Part shown: positions 26,083 to 39,603 of the stretch, one piece after another
Position numbering within the stretch: position 1 is the first letter of the stretch
How the letters are laid out: each line of letters starts with the position of its first letter
Assembly (NCBI RefSeq): GCF_018350175.1
Contig: NC_058368.1
Location: 98,582,001-98,646,000 of the forward strand
Length of the DNA stretch: 64,000 nt
Origin: Felis catus
Taxonomy: Eukaryota
Direction: 5' to 3'
Notes under the pieces: model-generated
Seen by the model: the letters and a program-made list of their open reading frames with translations, nothing else
The model's database searches: none
Told to the model about the DNA's origin: nothing
Made by a program: the position numbers and the translations under genes

Positions 26083-28103
26083 TATACATATGAACAGAAA
26101 TTCAGAGAGCGAGGGTGAGGGAGAGACATTACACTAAAGATCCTATAAATCCTATAAAATACTACTGGAGTTAATAGTATTGTAGATGTTAGAATTTATT
26201 ATTCTAGTAAAAACTTTTAAAAAGAGAAGGAAATATAAAATGTAATATAAATTACTACTTAAGAGAACTAATTACTAAATTGATTTCTCTGCGTTAATAC
26301 AATCTCAAAGGAGACAATATCTCTTGGACTATTCATTCTAAACCACAAACAGAGATTCTCTTAGTATCCAACATTATCAGAGGGTTGCAGTTATTATTAA
26401 GATATATGTCCTAATCTCAAGGAGTTTGTTTTATAGTTGAATGAATAAAAAATACAGAAAAAACTATGTAAAGTTCATATCCCCAGGCCAACAGCACAGG
26501 CATAGTGTTAAGACAGAGTAAGGACCATAGCAGTTCTAATGCCTAAACTGTTGCACATGCTTCCATCTCATAAGAAGGTGGGTGACTTAAGGGGCAAGGA
26601 TGATTTGCTGGATGTCTCCTACAGTCTTGTCTTACTCCTGATTGCCCTGATTGCTCTCCGAGAATGAGGTGTTGCTGGAATAGTCCACGATCTGTTGTTC
26701 TGACTACTAATTCCCCTGTGCATCAGTGGGATTGGGCGATGGGGAAGGGATGCTGCTCCAGGCAACCTTCCCTTGCCTTAGGCAGGAAGTTGTATGCTGA
26801 GAACTTGGGCATAGAAAGTTGGCAAGTTTTTGCGTTACTGGAAAAAACTAGGGAGTTTCGTTGCAAGGCTGCCGTTCCCTCTGAGACAGCTGCTGTGTTC
26901 CACAAAGCCATTACCATCATCACAGCTGGCTACTGTCATGCATTGCCCTTTTGTTGCAACAGGCCCCTGACAAGTGCTCTTTTCACTGCTTGAAATAGCG
27001 TATTTTCTTCTCTCTGTACAGCTTCAGGAAGTTCTGGGCTGCGGGTTCCAATCTTACCTCTAATTCTTGAGAAATTATCAACCTTGTTGCCCCTTCAATT
27101 GCTGGCCATGGCTCACCTAAAATATCCACGCTCTCTCCCTTGTCTAGAATTTTCTTAGAAGTATATCCATTAAACACCCAAATTACTCTTTTGGAGTCTC
27201 ACCTCTCCCTTGGGCAACTTTCAGTTCTAATCAACCAATCCCTTTCCCCAGTGCTACCAATAGACTTAATTTAAGAGGTTAAGAAAGGACAGAATTGATC
27301 TGGAATACATTTGGAAAGCACAAACGGCAGAATTTAGTGATCAATTGGATATGGGTAATGGAAGTTTGGAAGTAGTTAAGGGCAGCTTCCTGGATGCTGG
27401 TATAAACCAGTGGTAGAACACAAATGATAGGACTTCAAGAAGGTGGGGAGCCAGAGAGTCAACAGGCTTCACTCAAACCCAAGATTATATTTGGAAACTC
27501 ATGGCATCTGTCCAGCTTCCAAAGGGCAGGGTACAAGTAGAAAGAAATTTGAACAGGACATTGGCAGAAAGGAAGAAATCATAGGCAGTAAGAAAGATGA
27601 CAATTGCTTTGATCAGCGCTGTCAGTTCATGCCACCCTAGACCTACGCCAGAGCTTTCCCTTAAGTGATAATAATCAAGAGTCCAGGCCGGGAGAGTCAT
27701 CTTATGTTGATGTGGAAGTCTTACTTGGTAATAGGCCCATGGCGCCTCTCTCTTGAAAGGCTGAAGTAACATATAGAATGGAAATGAGAAGGTGGGAGCT
27801 ATAGAAGTTGGAGATATGTGATCTGAGAATGAGGACATGAAGTTTAACATTTCAGAGATGGGGCTTCTCTGGATTGTGTACAGACTGGCCTGGAGGTAAC
27901 GGACACTGGAAATACAGGACATCAAGGAATTGGGAGTCTAATATATTGATTGGGTAGGGCATTCTCATGGGGGTTTGTATTAAACAGAAAGAAATAGCCA
28001 AGAACTATGAATAAAGCAGGTGATTCAAAAATGCCAGTGGTAAGTAGGGTAAGTGGAGTGCAGTAAATTATGGTGAGGATAGAAAGAATGTGATATTCAA
28101 CCC

Positions 28104-28303
28104 CAGCCCTGTCTGGTAGAACTGTCCGCGGTGCTCTGTGTCTGTACTAATCAAATAATCGCCAGCAACCACATGTGATATTGAGCACTTGAGTAGGACT
28201 AGTTTAACTGGGGAACTAAATTTTTAATGCTGTTTAATTTAGTTTTAACTAAGCTTAATTTACATGACCACATTAGGCTAATGGCTATCATGGGGCATTG
28301 CAG
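28104..28303. mobile_element. MER3-like hAT MITE
   Basis: TAGAACT...CCACATGTGATATTGAGCACTTGA...GGAACTAAATTTTTAAT...GGCTAATGGCTATC. Confidence 0.7.
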
Positions 28304-28902
28304 TAGCACAGATTTGGAAAAACAATGAATTGAAACCGTAAGGGCAAGGTAGTATATTGCTGATCTCACCGCCAAACTGGAGCACAGAATACAAGTGAAA
28401 CCACAGTGTCCTCTGTCTTTCCAGGCATCTTACTATCTCTCCTACTCCTTTAGGGTGTAGAGACCAAAAGAGAAAGTCATGTTTGGGGAGCAAAGAGTAA
28501 TATGTTGTGGATAATTATAAGCTCTAGTTAACTAGGTGCTGTTGATAAATATGTGTTATTATAATCTTTCTATATGCTAATTTTTTCTGCAAGAGTGTCT
28601 TTTAAGTTTCTATATGTACAGCAGCAGTTCACAAAGCTTGGTCCATGAATGTGGGGTGTGGGGGGAGTCCCAGGATCCTCTAAGGGTGTCTAGGTTATCA
28701 AGACCACTTCCAAAATACACTGTGACACCATTTGTCTTTTTTCACTGTGCTAACATTTGCAATAATATTACAAAAGATTTTATAAAACGGTAGATAAACT
28801 TGGTACCAATCAAAGCATTGGCACCAAAGTATATAAGTAATTACTGTATTTTTCACTGTCAGGCACTGGAAATTGAGAGAGAGGGAGAGGGAGAGGGAGA
28901 GG

Positions 28903-28942
<40 letters not shown>

Positions 28943-29009
28943 AATTTTACATAGCACTTTCTTTAATTAAGCATTAAGGTTATTATTTTTATTAAATCAT
29001 TACTCCTCA

Positions 29010-29241
29010 GGGCACCTGGGTGGCTCAGTCAGTTAAGCATCCAACTTCAACTCAGGTTATGATCTCAAGGTTTGTGAGTTCGAGCCCCATCTCAGGCTTT
29101 CTGCTGACAGCTCAGAGCCTGGAGCTTGCTTCAGATTCTGTATCTTCCTCTCTCTCTGCCCCTCTCCCACTCATGCTCTGTATCTCTCTCTCTCTCTCAA
29201 AAATAAATAAACATTAATAAGCAAGCAAACAAATAAATAAA
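29010..29241 (+). mobile_element. Can-SINE nested in the Charlie1-like element
   Basis: TSD TAAATCAT(T/G)ACTCC. Confidence 0.94.
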
Positions 29242-29565
29242 TAAATCATGACTCCCCTTGATTCAACTTTTAAATAGTCTCTGTGGCTAAAAGGGAAGTA
29301 CACATAAAGCATTTATTCTGGACACTGAAATACAATGGTTTTCCCCAAAACATGGTGCAGTTCTGTAATTTTGAGGTGAACTGGCCACATTTTTCAATGA
29401 AAATGCATTTGAAAGAATAACTGAAAGTTAACATTTTTCAGAATTGGGTATTTAGCAGACATACTCTGAGCAAACTGAGCTTCTCACTTCAAGAAAAAGA
29501 ACTAATAGTGTGTGTTACCAATGCTAAAATTTGAAATTTGACATAACTATTGGAATTCTCAAATG

Positions 29566-29902
29566 TTTTTTTGTTCCAAATTTTATTTAAATTCAAGTTA
29601 TTAACATACACTGTGGTATTGGTTTCAAGAGTAGAGTTTTGTGATTCATCACTTACAGATAACACCCAGGGCTCATCCCAGCAAGTGCCCTCCTTAGTGC
29701 CCATCACCCATTTAACCCATCCCTCACCCACCTCCCCTCCAGCAATCCTCAGTTTGTTGTCAGTAGTTAAGAGTTTCTTATGGTTTGCCTCCCTCTCTGT
29801 TTTTATCTTATTTTATTTTTCCTTCCCTTCCCCTATTGTTCATATGTTTTGTGTCTTAAATTCTACACGAGTGAAATCATATGGTATTTATCTTTCTCTG
29901 AC
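29566..29902 (-). mobile_element. Carnivore L1 3' UTR fragment nested in the Charlie1-like element
   Basis: GATTCATCACTTACA...CAAGTGCCCTCCTT...GAGTGAAATCATATGGTATTT. Confidence 0.88.
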
Positions 29903-30267
29903 TGTGGGAAATTCTGAGAAATTTTTATTTGCCACTGTAGGCTTGAGCATCTTTCAATGCTTAAAGAAATTCTGATAATGACTGGGATTTTTTTTACAAT
30001 GTATAATGGAAGGTGTCAAAAATGGAAAGTTGTGCATAAGTCTAGAATATTTTCAAATGACCAGTGTATAGTGTTTCATTGTAATTATCAAAGTGCAAGA
30101 CAAGCCAGTGGCTTTTAATGAAACAGAGTAAGAATAATTCATTTATGTGGTTTCAGATTGCACATTACAACTAACTTGTAAGAGTTTACCACTTGTTGAG
30201 TGTTAGTGTAATATTAAAGAGTGATATCCTCAATTATGTGATAGGGCCATTAAAATTATCTTTTCTT

Positions 30268-30515
30268 GGGGAGCCTGGGTCGCTCAGTTAGTTGAGCATC
30301 CGACTTCAGCTCAGGTCATGATCTCAAGGTTTGTGGGTTTGAGCCCCACATTGGGCTTTGTCCTGACAGCTCAGAGCCTGGAGCCTGCTTTGGATTCTGT
30401 GTCTCTTGCTGTCTCTGCCCCTTCCCCAGTCACGCTCTGTCTCTCTGTCTCTCTCTCTCTCTGTCTCTCTCTCTCTCTCTCTAAAAATTAAACATTAAAA
30501 AAATTAAAAATAAAA
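30268..30515 (+). mobile_element. Can-SINE nested in the Charlie1-like element
   Basis: TSD TAAAATTATCTTTTCTT. Confidence 0.95.
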
Positions 30516-32910
30516 TAAAATTATCTTTTCTTGTTTGAATATACATTTGTGAGGCAGGATTTTCTTCACATACTTCAATCAAAACAACATTCTGCAACCG
30601 ACTTAATGCAGAGCAGATACGAGAAGTCAACAACATTCTATTAAGTCAGAGATGAGATTTGCAACATTGTAAAACAATGATATTCTGACTTTTCAAAATT
30701 TGGCTGTTTTCTGTAAAGTATATTTTTATGTGAACATCTAATGGGTTTTTATTATTTGAAAATTAATTTAAAAGTATAGTACTAAAATACTCAGAGATAA
30801 AACTCACGTGAACAAAAGCTCCTCAGGGTCCTCACTTACTTTTAAGAGCATAAAGTGGTCCTGAGATTAAAAAAAAAAAAAAGTTTGAGAAATGCTGACC
30901 TCGAAAAATCTCATTGATTCTTATAGAACCTAGCTCACACCTCAGTCTTAAAAACCTTTTCTCTAGCTCCCCAGTCACCCTCTCCCTATTCTGTGTTTGT
31001 ATAATCTTTGTATGATACATGCATAGAATACATGCCTTTCCATGTGTATATTTTATGTATGAAAGAAACAAAGACAGACCAACAAACTCCTGCACAGGTA
31101 GAATCAGGTAAAACTTTTTGTATAAAGTACAGACAATGGTACATGTGTGGGCAAAGACAAAAGAACCAGTGGATAGGGAGAAGAAAAATTAAAAGAAAAA
31201 CATAGGATAATGAAGCAAGAGCATTTGCTTGATTTTTTTAAAATACTGTTTGTGACAAAGAGCCAAGGTAAAAGAATTCACCTTAGAGAGAAGGAGCTAT
31301 GTTTTTCTATCTATACTGAGAGAGTTTAGAAGTGATAAAAATTTAGTATTGGTGAAATGACAACTAAGAAGGATGAGAGAGATCATGTTGAATGGCCTCA
31401 TCCTTTCAAAAAAAAAAAAAAAGGAAGCTCCCCCATTTACTACAAGAAAAATAGAAAAGGGAGCTTAGAATCATGGCCACACGATCATCCTCACTTGGAA
31501 ACCAACAGAGATGAAATAAAAAATTTTACAGCATGTTAGAGGGAGTGTGGCCAAGGTTAGTGACTTCAGATGTTTGTTAATACCTCCCCGACCCTTCCCT
31601 AACTTTCTCTTGGGAAGTAGGACAGAGAAAGCTACTGAGAGTCAGAGTTAAGTTCAGAACCAACAGAGATAAAGCCATGCAAAGGGAACTAGTGAGCGCC
31701 CTGGACAACCATGGAACTGTCAGCTATGAAGGAGTTTTAATGAGGGGTTGGTGCGTTGGCTTTATTTGGCACATTTGGCTGTCCTGTTTTGTTGCATTTT
31801 ACATTTGGCTATACAATAAGCATAAGGCAAATTATATAAATAACTTACTCTGGCAAATAATTGGTGTGTCTTACAATTTTTGATGTCTAGCTAATGTCTA
31901 ATTTAATTAAGAATAATGAGCAACTTTACTAATTATGACCCTAATTATAATTCTTTTATGGGGATAAGGAGTCCTTAGGGTAAAACAAACCCTATGCTTT
32001 AGCTCTAAGAAAATGGTGTTTCAGGCTGGCACACTGTGGAATCTCTTTCAACAGCAATCACCCTTACGTGGCATTGGTGAGGGTAACAGAGCTAATGTAA
32101 ATAACTTAAAGTCTTTTATAACAGCTATAAACTAGATCTCATAAATTAAGCACCATATTGTTTTTGCTTCTTTTGGAAATTGACCAGTGTTGGGTTTCCA
32201 TCTTGTTACTCAAAAAGGAGTTAACATACAGGTTTATGTATGTCCACCAAAACAGACTTTTGATTCCTCTTTTAATTAGCTGTTACAACCTCCAGTGAGC
32301 ATTCCTTGACTCCCAAGGCTAGCTAGATGCCTTTCTCCTGAGCTCCCATAACATACAACGTCGACCTCCTTCTTGTATCTTATGCTATTATAAGCAGGCA
32401 TTCACTTTTCTGCATCTCTCAGGCAAAAAAAAAAAAATTCCTGAAGGCCAAAATGTGAATTTTATTTATTATGTCATCATCAGGGCTAGACACAGTACCT
32501 GGGAAATACTAAATAATTTGCAAATATTTTTCATCAAACTGAACACACAAAAATATAAGAAAGTACTAAAATGAGTCTCAATAGCTTTCACCTAAGGTGG
32601 TCTTTCCAAGCTAAATAAAAGGCAAGGTGACACACAGGGACAGGTTTCAATGCTTCTATTTGCAGATGCAAACCCTATAGCTCTTTAGTGAGGCTGCAGG
32701 AGGTTTTGAATGAAGTATCACAGAGACAGCTAGTATATCAATGTTCCTTTATTATTTAAGCATTTGAGGTCACGTGTTATCTAACATACAGTCATATTTT
32801 TGCTGAAATATTTGAAATGCTGTGTGTCACCTTCATCCTAAGTGGGGACACTACTAGCCAGAGAATCTCTAAAACCATAGTTTTATAGATAATATTTATA
32901 GGTAATTTTA

Positions 32911-33112
32911 TTTTTTTAAGTTCATTTATTTATTTTGAGAGAGAGAGAGAGCAGGGGAGGAGCAGAGAAAGAGGAAGAGAGAGAATCCCAAGCAGTCTAT
33001 GTACTGTCAGCACAGAACTGGATGCTGGGCTCGGTCCCACAAACCGTGAGATCATGACCTGAGCTGAAATCAAGAGTCAGTCACTTAACTGACTGAGCTA
33101 CCCAGGTGCCCC
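32911..33112 (-). mobile_element. Can-SINE
   Basis: TSD TATAGGTAATTTTA at 32897-32910 and 33113-33126. Confidence 0.94.
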
Positions 33113-33540
33113 TATAGGTAATTTTAAATGATGCTTTTGAATATACACTACATGCTGTTAACACATTATTCACTTGTTATAGTAGAATATACATAATAGA
33201 GAAATTCTTCCCTTCCCCACTGCCCAGCCATATGGCTCAATACACTCAAGGCAAGCAATGATAAAAGATTTTATAGATCATTTGTAAACTGGGAAATTAA
33301 GTTAGGTAGAATATACTTTTAAAATATTTTCTCTCTTCTCACCTTTCCCTCATAGTGAATACACCTGGCCCAGGCTGTTTCACATTTTAGATCTTGTTTG
33401 AAAAGTCTTGTACTTAGCAAGACCTTTCCCAACCTGTCATTTTGGCTTACTCTCTTTTATTATTTGATCCCATAATATCATAGAATTTATCTTTACATTA
33501 TGTATCATACCCACGGGTTAGTATACAATGTCTATCTTTT

Positions 33541-33770
33541 TTTTTAATTTTTTTACTATGTATTTATTTTTGAGGGAGAGAGAGAGAGAGACAAAGACAG
33601 AGCATGAGCAAGGGAGGGGCAAAGAGAGAGGGAGACACAGAATCCAAAGCAGGCTCTAAGGCTCTAATCTGCCAGCACAGAGCATGATGTAGGGCTTGAC
33701 CCCACGAACTATGAGATCATGACCTGACCTGAAGTCACACACTTAACCAACTGAACCACCCGGGCTCCCC
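33541..33770 (-). mobile_element. Can-SINE
   Basis: Degenerate TSD AAT(G/A)TCT(A/G)TCTTTT. Confidence 0.93.
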
Positions 33771-34945
33771 AATATCTGTCTTTTCTACTGGACTATAATT
33801 TTCATAAAAGATGGGGAAAAATGTGTACCTTACTTTCAGGTGTGCTCTTACCATTACACCTTACAGCAGTTTGATACGTAATAAAGTCTTGGTGAATGAA
33901 TGTGAAATGAGTAAGTGTGGGTTAATCTATAAGTCCAATCCAAAAAAGTGAAACAGTACTAGGTCTTTCAAAAAAAGAGAATAAAATTCAAGGAATTGTT
34001 GACATAGTGATAGAGTTGCAGGTGAATCATTCAGGGATCATGAAGCAAACCAAAGATTAATAACAGCTGGAAGCATGACTTGGCTGAGAGCAGATGACAC
34101 AGAGGGAGGAGGCAGTGATATCAGATTCAAAAGTTAAGCTATATAAGGGGATCTAGAACCATGGCCTGCAGTGGCTGGGGCCGAGAGGTATGGGCTGTTC
34201 TGCATGAGCTGAGGAGACTCAACCATTGCCAAAGACATTGCCACAGTGTCTAACCATCCCATAAGAGAGGAAAAAAGACTCCACTTTCTCTTATTCTCAC
34301 CTTCCTGTTTTCACCTCTGCCTAAATCTACCGAGAAGCCGTTTGACAAGAGGCAGAAAAATGGTGCTCCCTGTGTTGTAGAACAGAGTTAGGGGGAGAAG
34401 TATAGAAAAGGGGTTTAATTAGGTAACAAAATTACCCAGGACAAATGACCCTAAACTACCTGGCTGACTGATTTCCAACAGAGCCAGCTTGTGGCCAGTA
34501 GGACACAGAATACTTCACTGTAGATGAATTCAGTATAGATGTCTTTCCTGGCATTATTTATTTCAAGGGAACAAGGAGAAAAAGACTTCTCTTTGAAAAT
34601 GAAAGTGTTACACGGGCATTACATGTCTACCTACTCATAAGATGGCATGGTGTATGGGAAAACATACTAAGTAATTAATAAAATGGATTATATCCTTACA
34701 CAAAAGAGAATCATGGTAAGAATAATCATTTCTGATGTGTAGAGTTTGTAAGGCTTCTAGAAACAAAAAAATAGAATAGCAAAAGTATTTTAATTATTAG
34801 TGGGAAACATTTATAGCTTCTGTGATGTAAAAATGTGTGGGCATAAAAGATCCTATGTTTTTTTGACATCAACTTTATGGTCCAAGTAATAGATTTTAGC
34901 CATCAGAGAAAACATTCCAGACCCTTTTTTTATTGTTTCATTATT

Positions 34946-35168
34946 TTTTTTTTAATTTTTTTTTTCAACGTTTATTTATTTTTGGGACAGAGAGAGACAG
35001 AGCATGAACGGGGGAGGGGCGGAGAGAGAGGGAGACACAGAATCGGAAACAGGCTCCAGGCTCCGAGCCATCAGCCCAGAGCCTGACGCGGGGCTCGAAC
35101 TCACGGACCGCGAGATCGTGACCTGGCTGAAGTCGGACGCTTAACCGACTGTGCCACCCAGGCGCCCC
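34946..35168 (-). mobile_element. Very young SINEC_Fc-type SINE
   Basis: Perfect 17-bp TSD TTTATTGTTTCATTATT; CpGs intact. Confidence 0.97.
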
Positions 35169-36599
35169 TTTATTGTTTCATTATTAAAGAGCTGGAAAGA
35201 AAATGAGAAAAATAGTTTGTCAATTACATAAATTTGGGGTGTTTTTAATAAGTAGTCTCTGTCTCTAGAATAAAAGAAAATATTGTTGGGGTAAGAAAGT
35301 TGGACCCCAACTATTGGTGAAAAAATTACGTGTCTGTGTGTCTGTAATATTGGCAGAAAGTATCCAGGAAAAGAAGCAAAAATCACAGATGATGACTTAT
35401 TATTTTCTCCTGGTAGAACCTCCTATGGAAAAAAAAGTAATGCAAGACAAGTAAATTATTTGAACTTACACTACACAGGTAATCGAGTGGTGTGCTTTAA
35501 ATTTCTGGGCACCTGATGCAAGCTCACTAAGTAAATGATTGATAGGTTATACAAAATATTGCAGGTGGGAAATTTATTAGAGTTCATAAAATGAAATGTG
35601 TTCATTGTACAGATGAAAAATTGAGACCAAGAAAGGACAGAAACATATTCAAATTTATAGGTTCATGACAGATAATAGTGTCTGCTTTTTGTTTTTGGTT
35701 TCGGTTCCAAGAGTAGTAGGTAAGGTATTGAATTTGCAGTTAGTCTTAGAATTAATTCAGAGCTGTGTGACACCATGCAGTTAAGTTCTTTCTGCCTCAG
35801 TGTTCTCATGTGTACACGGGATAAGCATTACAGAACTTAAGATGTTTATAAGGATGGAATGAGCTAATGCATATAGATCATTGAGCAGAGTGCATAGTAA
35901 GGACATGATAGACATTATCTTTTTCTTGTTCTGCCACACCCAGACTCTCTGTCAAGCACATATTATCATCCTAGGATTTGAGTTGAAAAGATGGTCTAAA
36001 TCTCTATCATGATTCCTCAGGCGGGAGGGGGTACAGCAGTCATTCATACATTCCCGTGATATTTTCTTCAGAACCCATTCTAATATCTTCCCACTGTCAT
36101 GGTGCTACCATTGTGGTTTTCTTGACCCAACCCACAATCTAGATTTATTGTTTCCTGATTACTTGTATCATCTAAACTGAATAGGCTACTCAGCAGCAAA
36201 ATGACCCCTGGAATCTTTAGTCTATTTGGGCTAAGAACTTTGTTATTAGGCCTTACTTAGGCCTTACTTAAGAGATGTGGAAGTAGGGAGAGTCAATGAG
36301 GACAGCACTTCTGGCTACATGGTTTTTACACCGGGGCATGGATATGAGTGACAGTGGTTATCCTGTGCCACACTGGTTAACACAAAATATGCAAGAAAAG
36401 GATGTGTTCAGTGAGAGGCTTTGTACATAATTGGTGCTCATAAATTTCTGTTATAATAAACTGGATTAAGGGATATAGAGTTGGAATATGTTCAAGGCAT
36501 GGTTTTTTTCTCAAGGGCGTGGAAAACATATCAAGGACTTTGAAAATGCTTATTTCAATCAGATGTGGGTCCAAAAGACCTATATTTAGGTATAGGCAG

Positions 36600-37600
36600 T
36601 GGAAATATATGAACTCTCAGATTCTGCTGAGCCTTCTAGGCCTGTGGACTTAGTCTACTCTGCCTTATTAGAGAAAAATAGTCACCCTTGTTCAAAGGCA
36701 TAACTGTGGCAAGTGCCTTTTGGAATAGTCTTCACCTATTCAGGATTATCCCTCCACAACCCTCCTTGCTCCTATGCCAATAATTTTGTTAAATCTGAGC
36801 ATGACTTGAAAAGGGAAGAGCTCATGATTTGAGGAGAAGAGAGGATTTTTTTTTTTTACCAAAGGAACCATCAGACCTGGCTAATATGACATGCCTAATA
36901 CGTGCCAAAAAGAATTGGAGAGTATGCCTGTGACTGGAAACTAAAGGTGCTGACCCAGAAGGAACAAGAATATAATTGTGGACAAGAGAAAGTTCTCAAT
37001 TAGAGGCACTTGTTCCATGCCTCAGGAATAACACCTTGGCACAGGCCTTTGGAAATGATTTTAATATGCTTTTTAGATGACTCATAAACTTGCAAAAGGC
37101 AATGGCTCACCTTAAGTGAGTTAGAGATGGAAGAACAGCTTTGGGAGAGTGCACAAGAAGGGATCTACGGGCTCAGAGAAGATCAAGTGCTAAAATGAAT
37201 CTGGTATGTAAAATTAGAAAAGACCCCAGTTAAAAATGTCAAAGCAATAAGGGATGTGTTAGTGGATACCAGCATTCCTCATTACCTGAGTAATGGCTGT
37301 CCTCTGTAGGACAGGATTGACAGGGGGAAATTCTGTCATTCACCAAGGATGAGAAATTCCAGAATAGCCAAGGTCAGGGAGCAGCACTTAACCATCAGAA
37401 GCCATATGGGTACAACGACCAGAAAGAGCATCCAGGTCAAAATGGCAGCCTTGAGACATCTGACAGCTGGCTTATCTTTGGAGATGGCTCCTAAAACATG
37501 GTATACTTAGAAGCAACCAACAAGGATACATATGCCTTGACAATATGTATACATATGTAATTGCCTGGGTGGTGCAATTCATGTTTAAGAGCTCTTGATG
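36600..37600 (+). mobile_element. ERVL/MaLR internal (gag-like) relic
   Basis: Decayed similarity to ERVL-class gag DNA (CAGGATTATCCCTCCAC..., CCAAAGGAAC..., TGGCTCACCTTAAGTGAGTTAGAGATG, GAAGGGATC). No ORF; boundaries approximate. Confidence 0.5.
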
Positions 37601-37645
37601 GGACCAGAGTAGGTCATAGTAAGAGGCAATATTCTTCTGAAACTG

Positions 37646-38010
37646 TGTTATGGACTGACTGTGTACCCCCAAATTCACATGTTGAAGTCCTAACCCCCAC
37701 TGTGATGGTATTTGGAGATGAGGCATTTGGGATATAGTTAGGGTTAGATGAGGTCATAGGGTGGATTAGTGACCTCATGATGTGATTACTGCCCTTGTAA
37801 GAAGAGACTGTAGAGAGGCTCACTCCCTTGCTCTCTGTCTCCCCCGTAAGGACATAGTGAGGTAGATGGAGGCCACCTACAAGCCAAAAGAGGAGGCTCA
37901 GTATGGCTTTATCTTTCTGGCATCTTGATCTTGGACTTCCCAGCATCCATACTGAGAAATAAATGTCTCTTGTTTAATCCAGCAAATCTATGGTATTTTG
38001 TTATTGCCTA
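37646..38010 (+). mobile_element. MaLR LTR, MLT1A-like
   Basis: TGTTATGGACTGA...AAATTCACATGTTGAAGTCCTAACCCCCA...GGACTTCCCAGC...AATAAATGT...TATGGTATTTTGTT. Confidence 0.85.
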
Positions 38011-38567
38011 TTTTCTTTGTACTCACCTGTGTTCCTCATATCCTTCCATGCTCCCTCTGAGAGTACTCTCTCAGTCAAGAATCTCTATCTCAGACTCTGC
38101 TATCTCAACCCAATTTAGAATAGTAACGTTGACTCACATATTTATTGAGCATATACCAGTGCCAGACATGCCCACACTAGGTATGAAGTGGTGAATCAGA
38201 CGAGCATTTCACCTGGCTTCACAGGGCTCAGAGGCTAGTGATCTCATTAGCATTATTTACTAGGTATCTTATTAATGGAATTTGATAGTAATTTATAAGA
38301 ATACTTTTATTCATTTCATAATATATCTTAAAAGTTTCATTAAAGTTTCTGGATGTGTTTTGATCAGAGAATACACCATATAATATACTACTTATAGAAA
38401 ATGTATTCAAATGTATTACTTATTAAAATATATTAATATGTATTATACATTTCCAGGAATATTCAAAGATCAAGTATATTACTTGACTTCTCAACCTGTT
38501 CTTGTCTTATACTTTTCTACTATTGTTCCGTAGGTGCCATACTCTCTTATTTCTCACTGATATTTCT

Positions 38568-38588
38568 CTTTTAAAGTCTATTTATTTT

Positions 38589-38625
<37 letters not shown>

Positions 38626-38797
38626 TGTGAGAGAGAGAGAGAGAGAGAGAGCTGGGGAGGGGAAGAGAGACGGAGAGAAAGAATCCCAAACTCTCTGCGC
38701 AGAGCCCTACTCAGTGTTCAGTCTCATGAACCCACGAGATCATGACCTGAGCAGAAATCAAGTCCGACGCTCAACCACAGACCCACCTAGGTGCCCC
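38568..38797 (-). mobile_element. Can-SINE with (GA)n/(GT)n expansion
   Basis: TSD TCTCA(C/T)TGATATTTCT. Confidence 0.92.
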
Positions 38798-39185
38798 TCT
38801 CATTGATATTTCTAAACAGGCTTCTTTTAGAAAAGTATTTCTGCTAGTTTCTTTATTAAATTATTTCTCCAAGCATCCCCTTTATTATTTTTCAAGTTAA
38901 TTCTTTTACGTGTTTTCAGTATTCAATCACAGTCCCCATATTTTTTGGTTCTCTCTTTCTGCCGCTCCCCATCCTTATTTAAGGAGATATGCTCCCCATC
39001 TCAGTGTTTGCTGATACTCATGGAATATCAGTTGCCCTGTTCTTTCCACATTCCTCTTGGGTACTATTGAGGATGTGAGTGCACATATCAGGTATAACCA
39101 TAAGGCACATTATTATGTATGACTCCAGGCTAATTCTTGGCCTAAGTACTTAGTTAGTACTTAGTTGTAAGAGATGGTCTTATTT

Positions 39186-39603
39186 TGGGTGACTCGGTCA
39201 GTTAAGTGTCCATCTTGGGGTCAGGTCATGATCTCATGGTTTGTGGGTTTGAGCCCTGTGTTGGGCTCTGTGCTGACAGCTCAGAGCCTGGAGCCTGCTG
39301 CAGAATCTGTGTCTCCCTCTCTCTCTGACCCTCCTCCCTTGCACTCTCTCTCTCTCTCAAAAGTAAATACACATTTAAAAAAAAATTTTAGGGGCGCCTG
39401 GGTGGCTCAGTCAGTTGAGCGTCCGACTTCAGCTCAGGTCATGATCTCACGGTTCGTGGGTTCAAGCCCCACGTTGGGCTCTGTGCTGACAGCTCAGAGC
39501 CTGGAGCCTGCTGCACGTTCTGTGTCTCCCTGTCTCTGCCCCTCCCCCACTCATGCCCTGTCTCTCAAAAATAAATAAACATTAAAAATTAAAAAAAAGA
39601 GAC
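39186..39603 (+). mobile_element. Two head-to-tail Can-SINEs (39186-39390 and 39391 to ~39600)
   Basis: The second head GGGGCGCCTGG directly follows the tail of the first; outer TSD AGATGGTC(T/A)TATTTT. Confidence 0.94.

Larger units (their letters stand above)
28622..30897. mobile_element. Charlie1-like hAT DNA transposon fossil with nested insertions
   Basis: Imperfect terminal inverted repeats CAGCAGTTCACAAA...TTTGAGAAATGCTG, and internal motifs typical of Charlie1. Confidence 0.78.

Noticed and set aside
39174..39578. 134-aa ORF with an internal repeat, and similar AQSLEP-containing ORFs elsewhere
   Set aside because: Translations of Can-SINE sequence.
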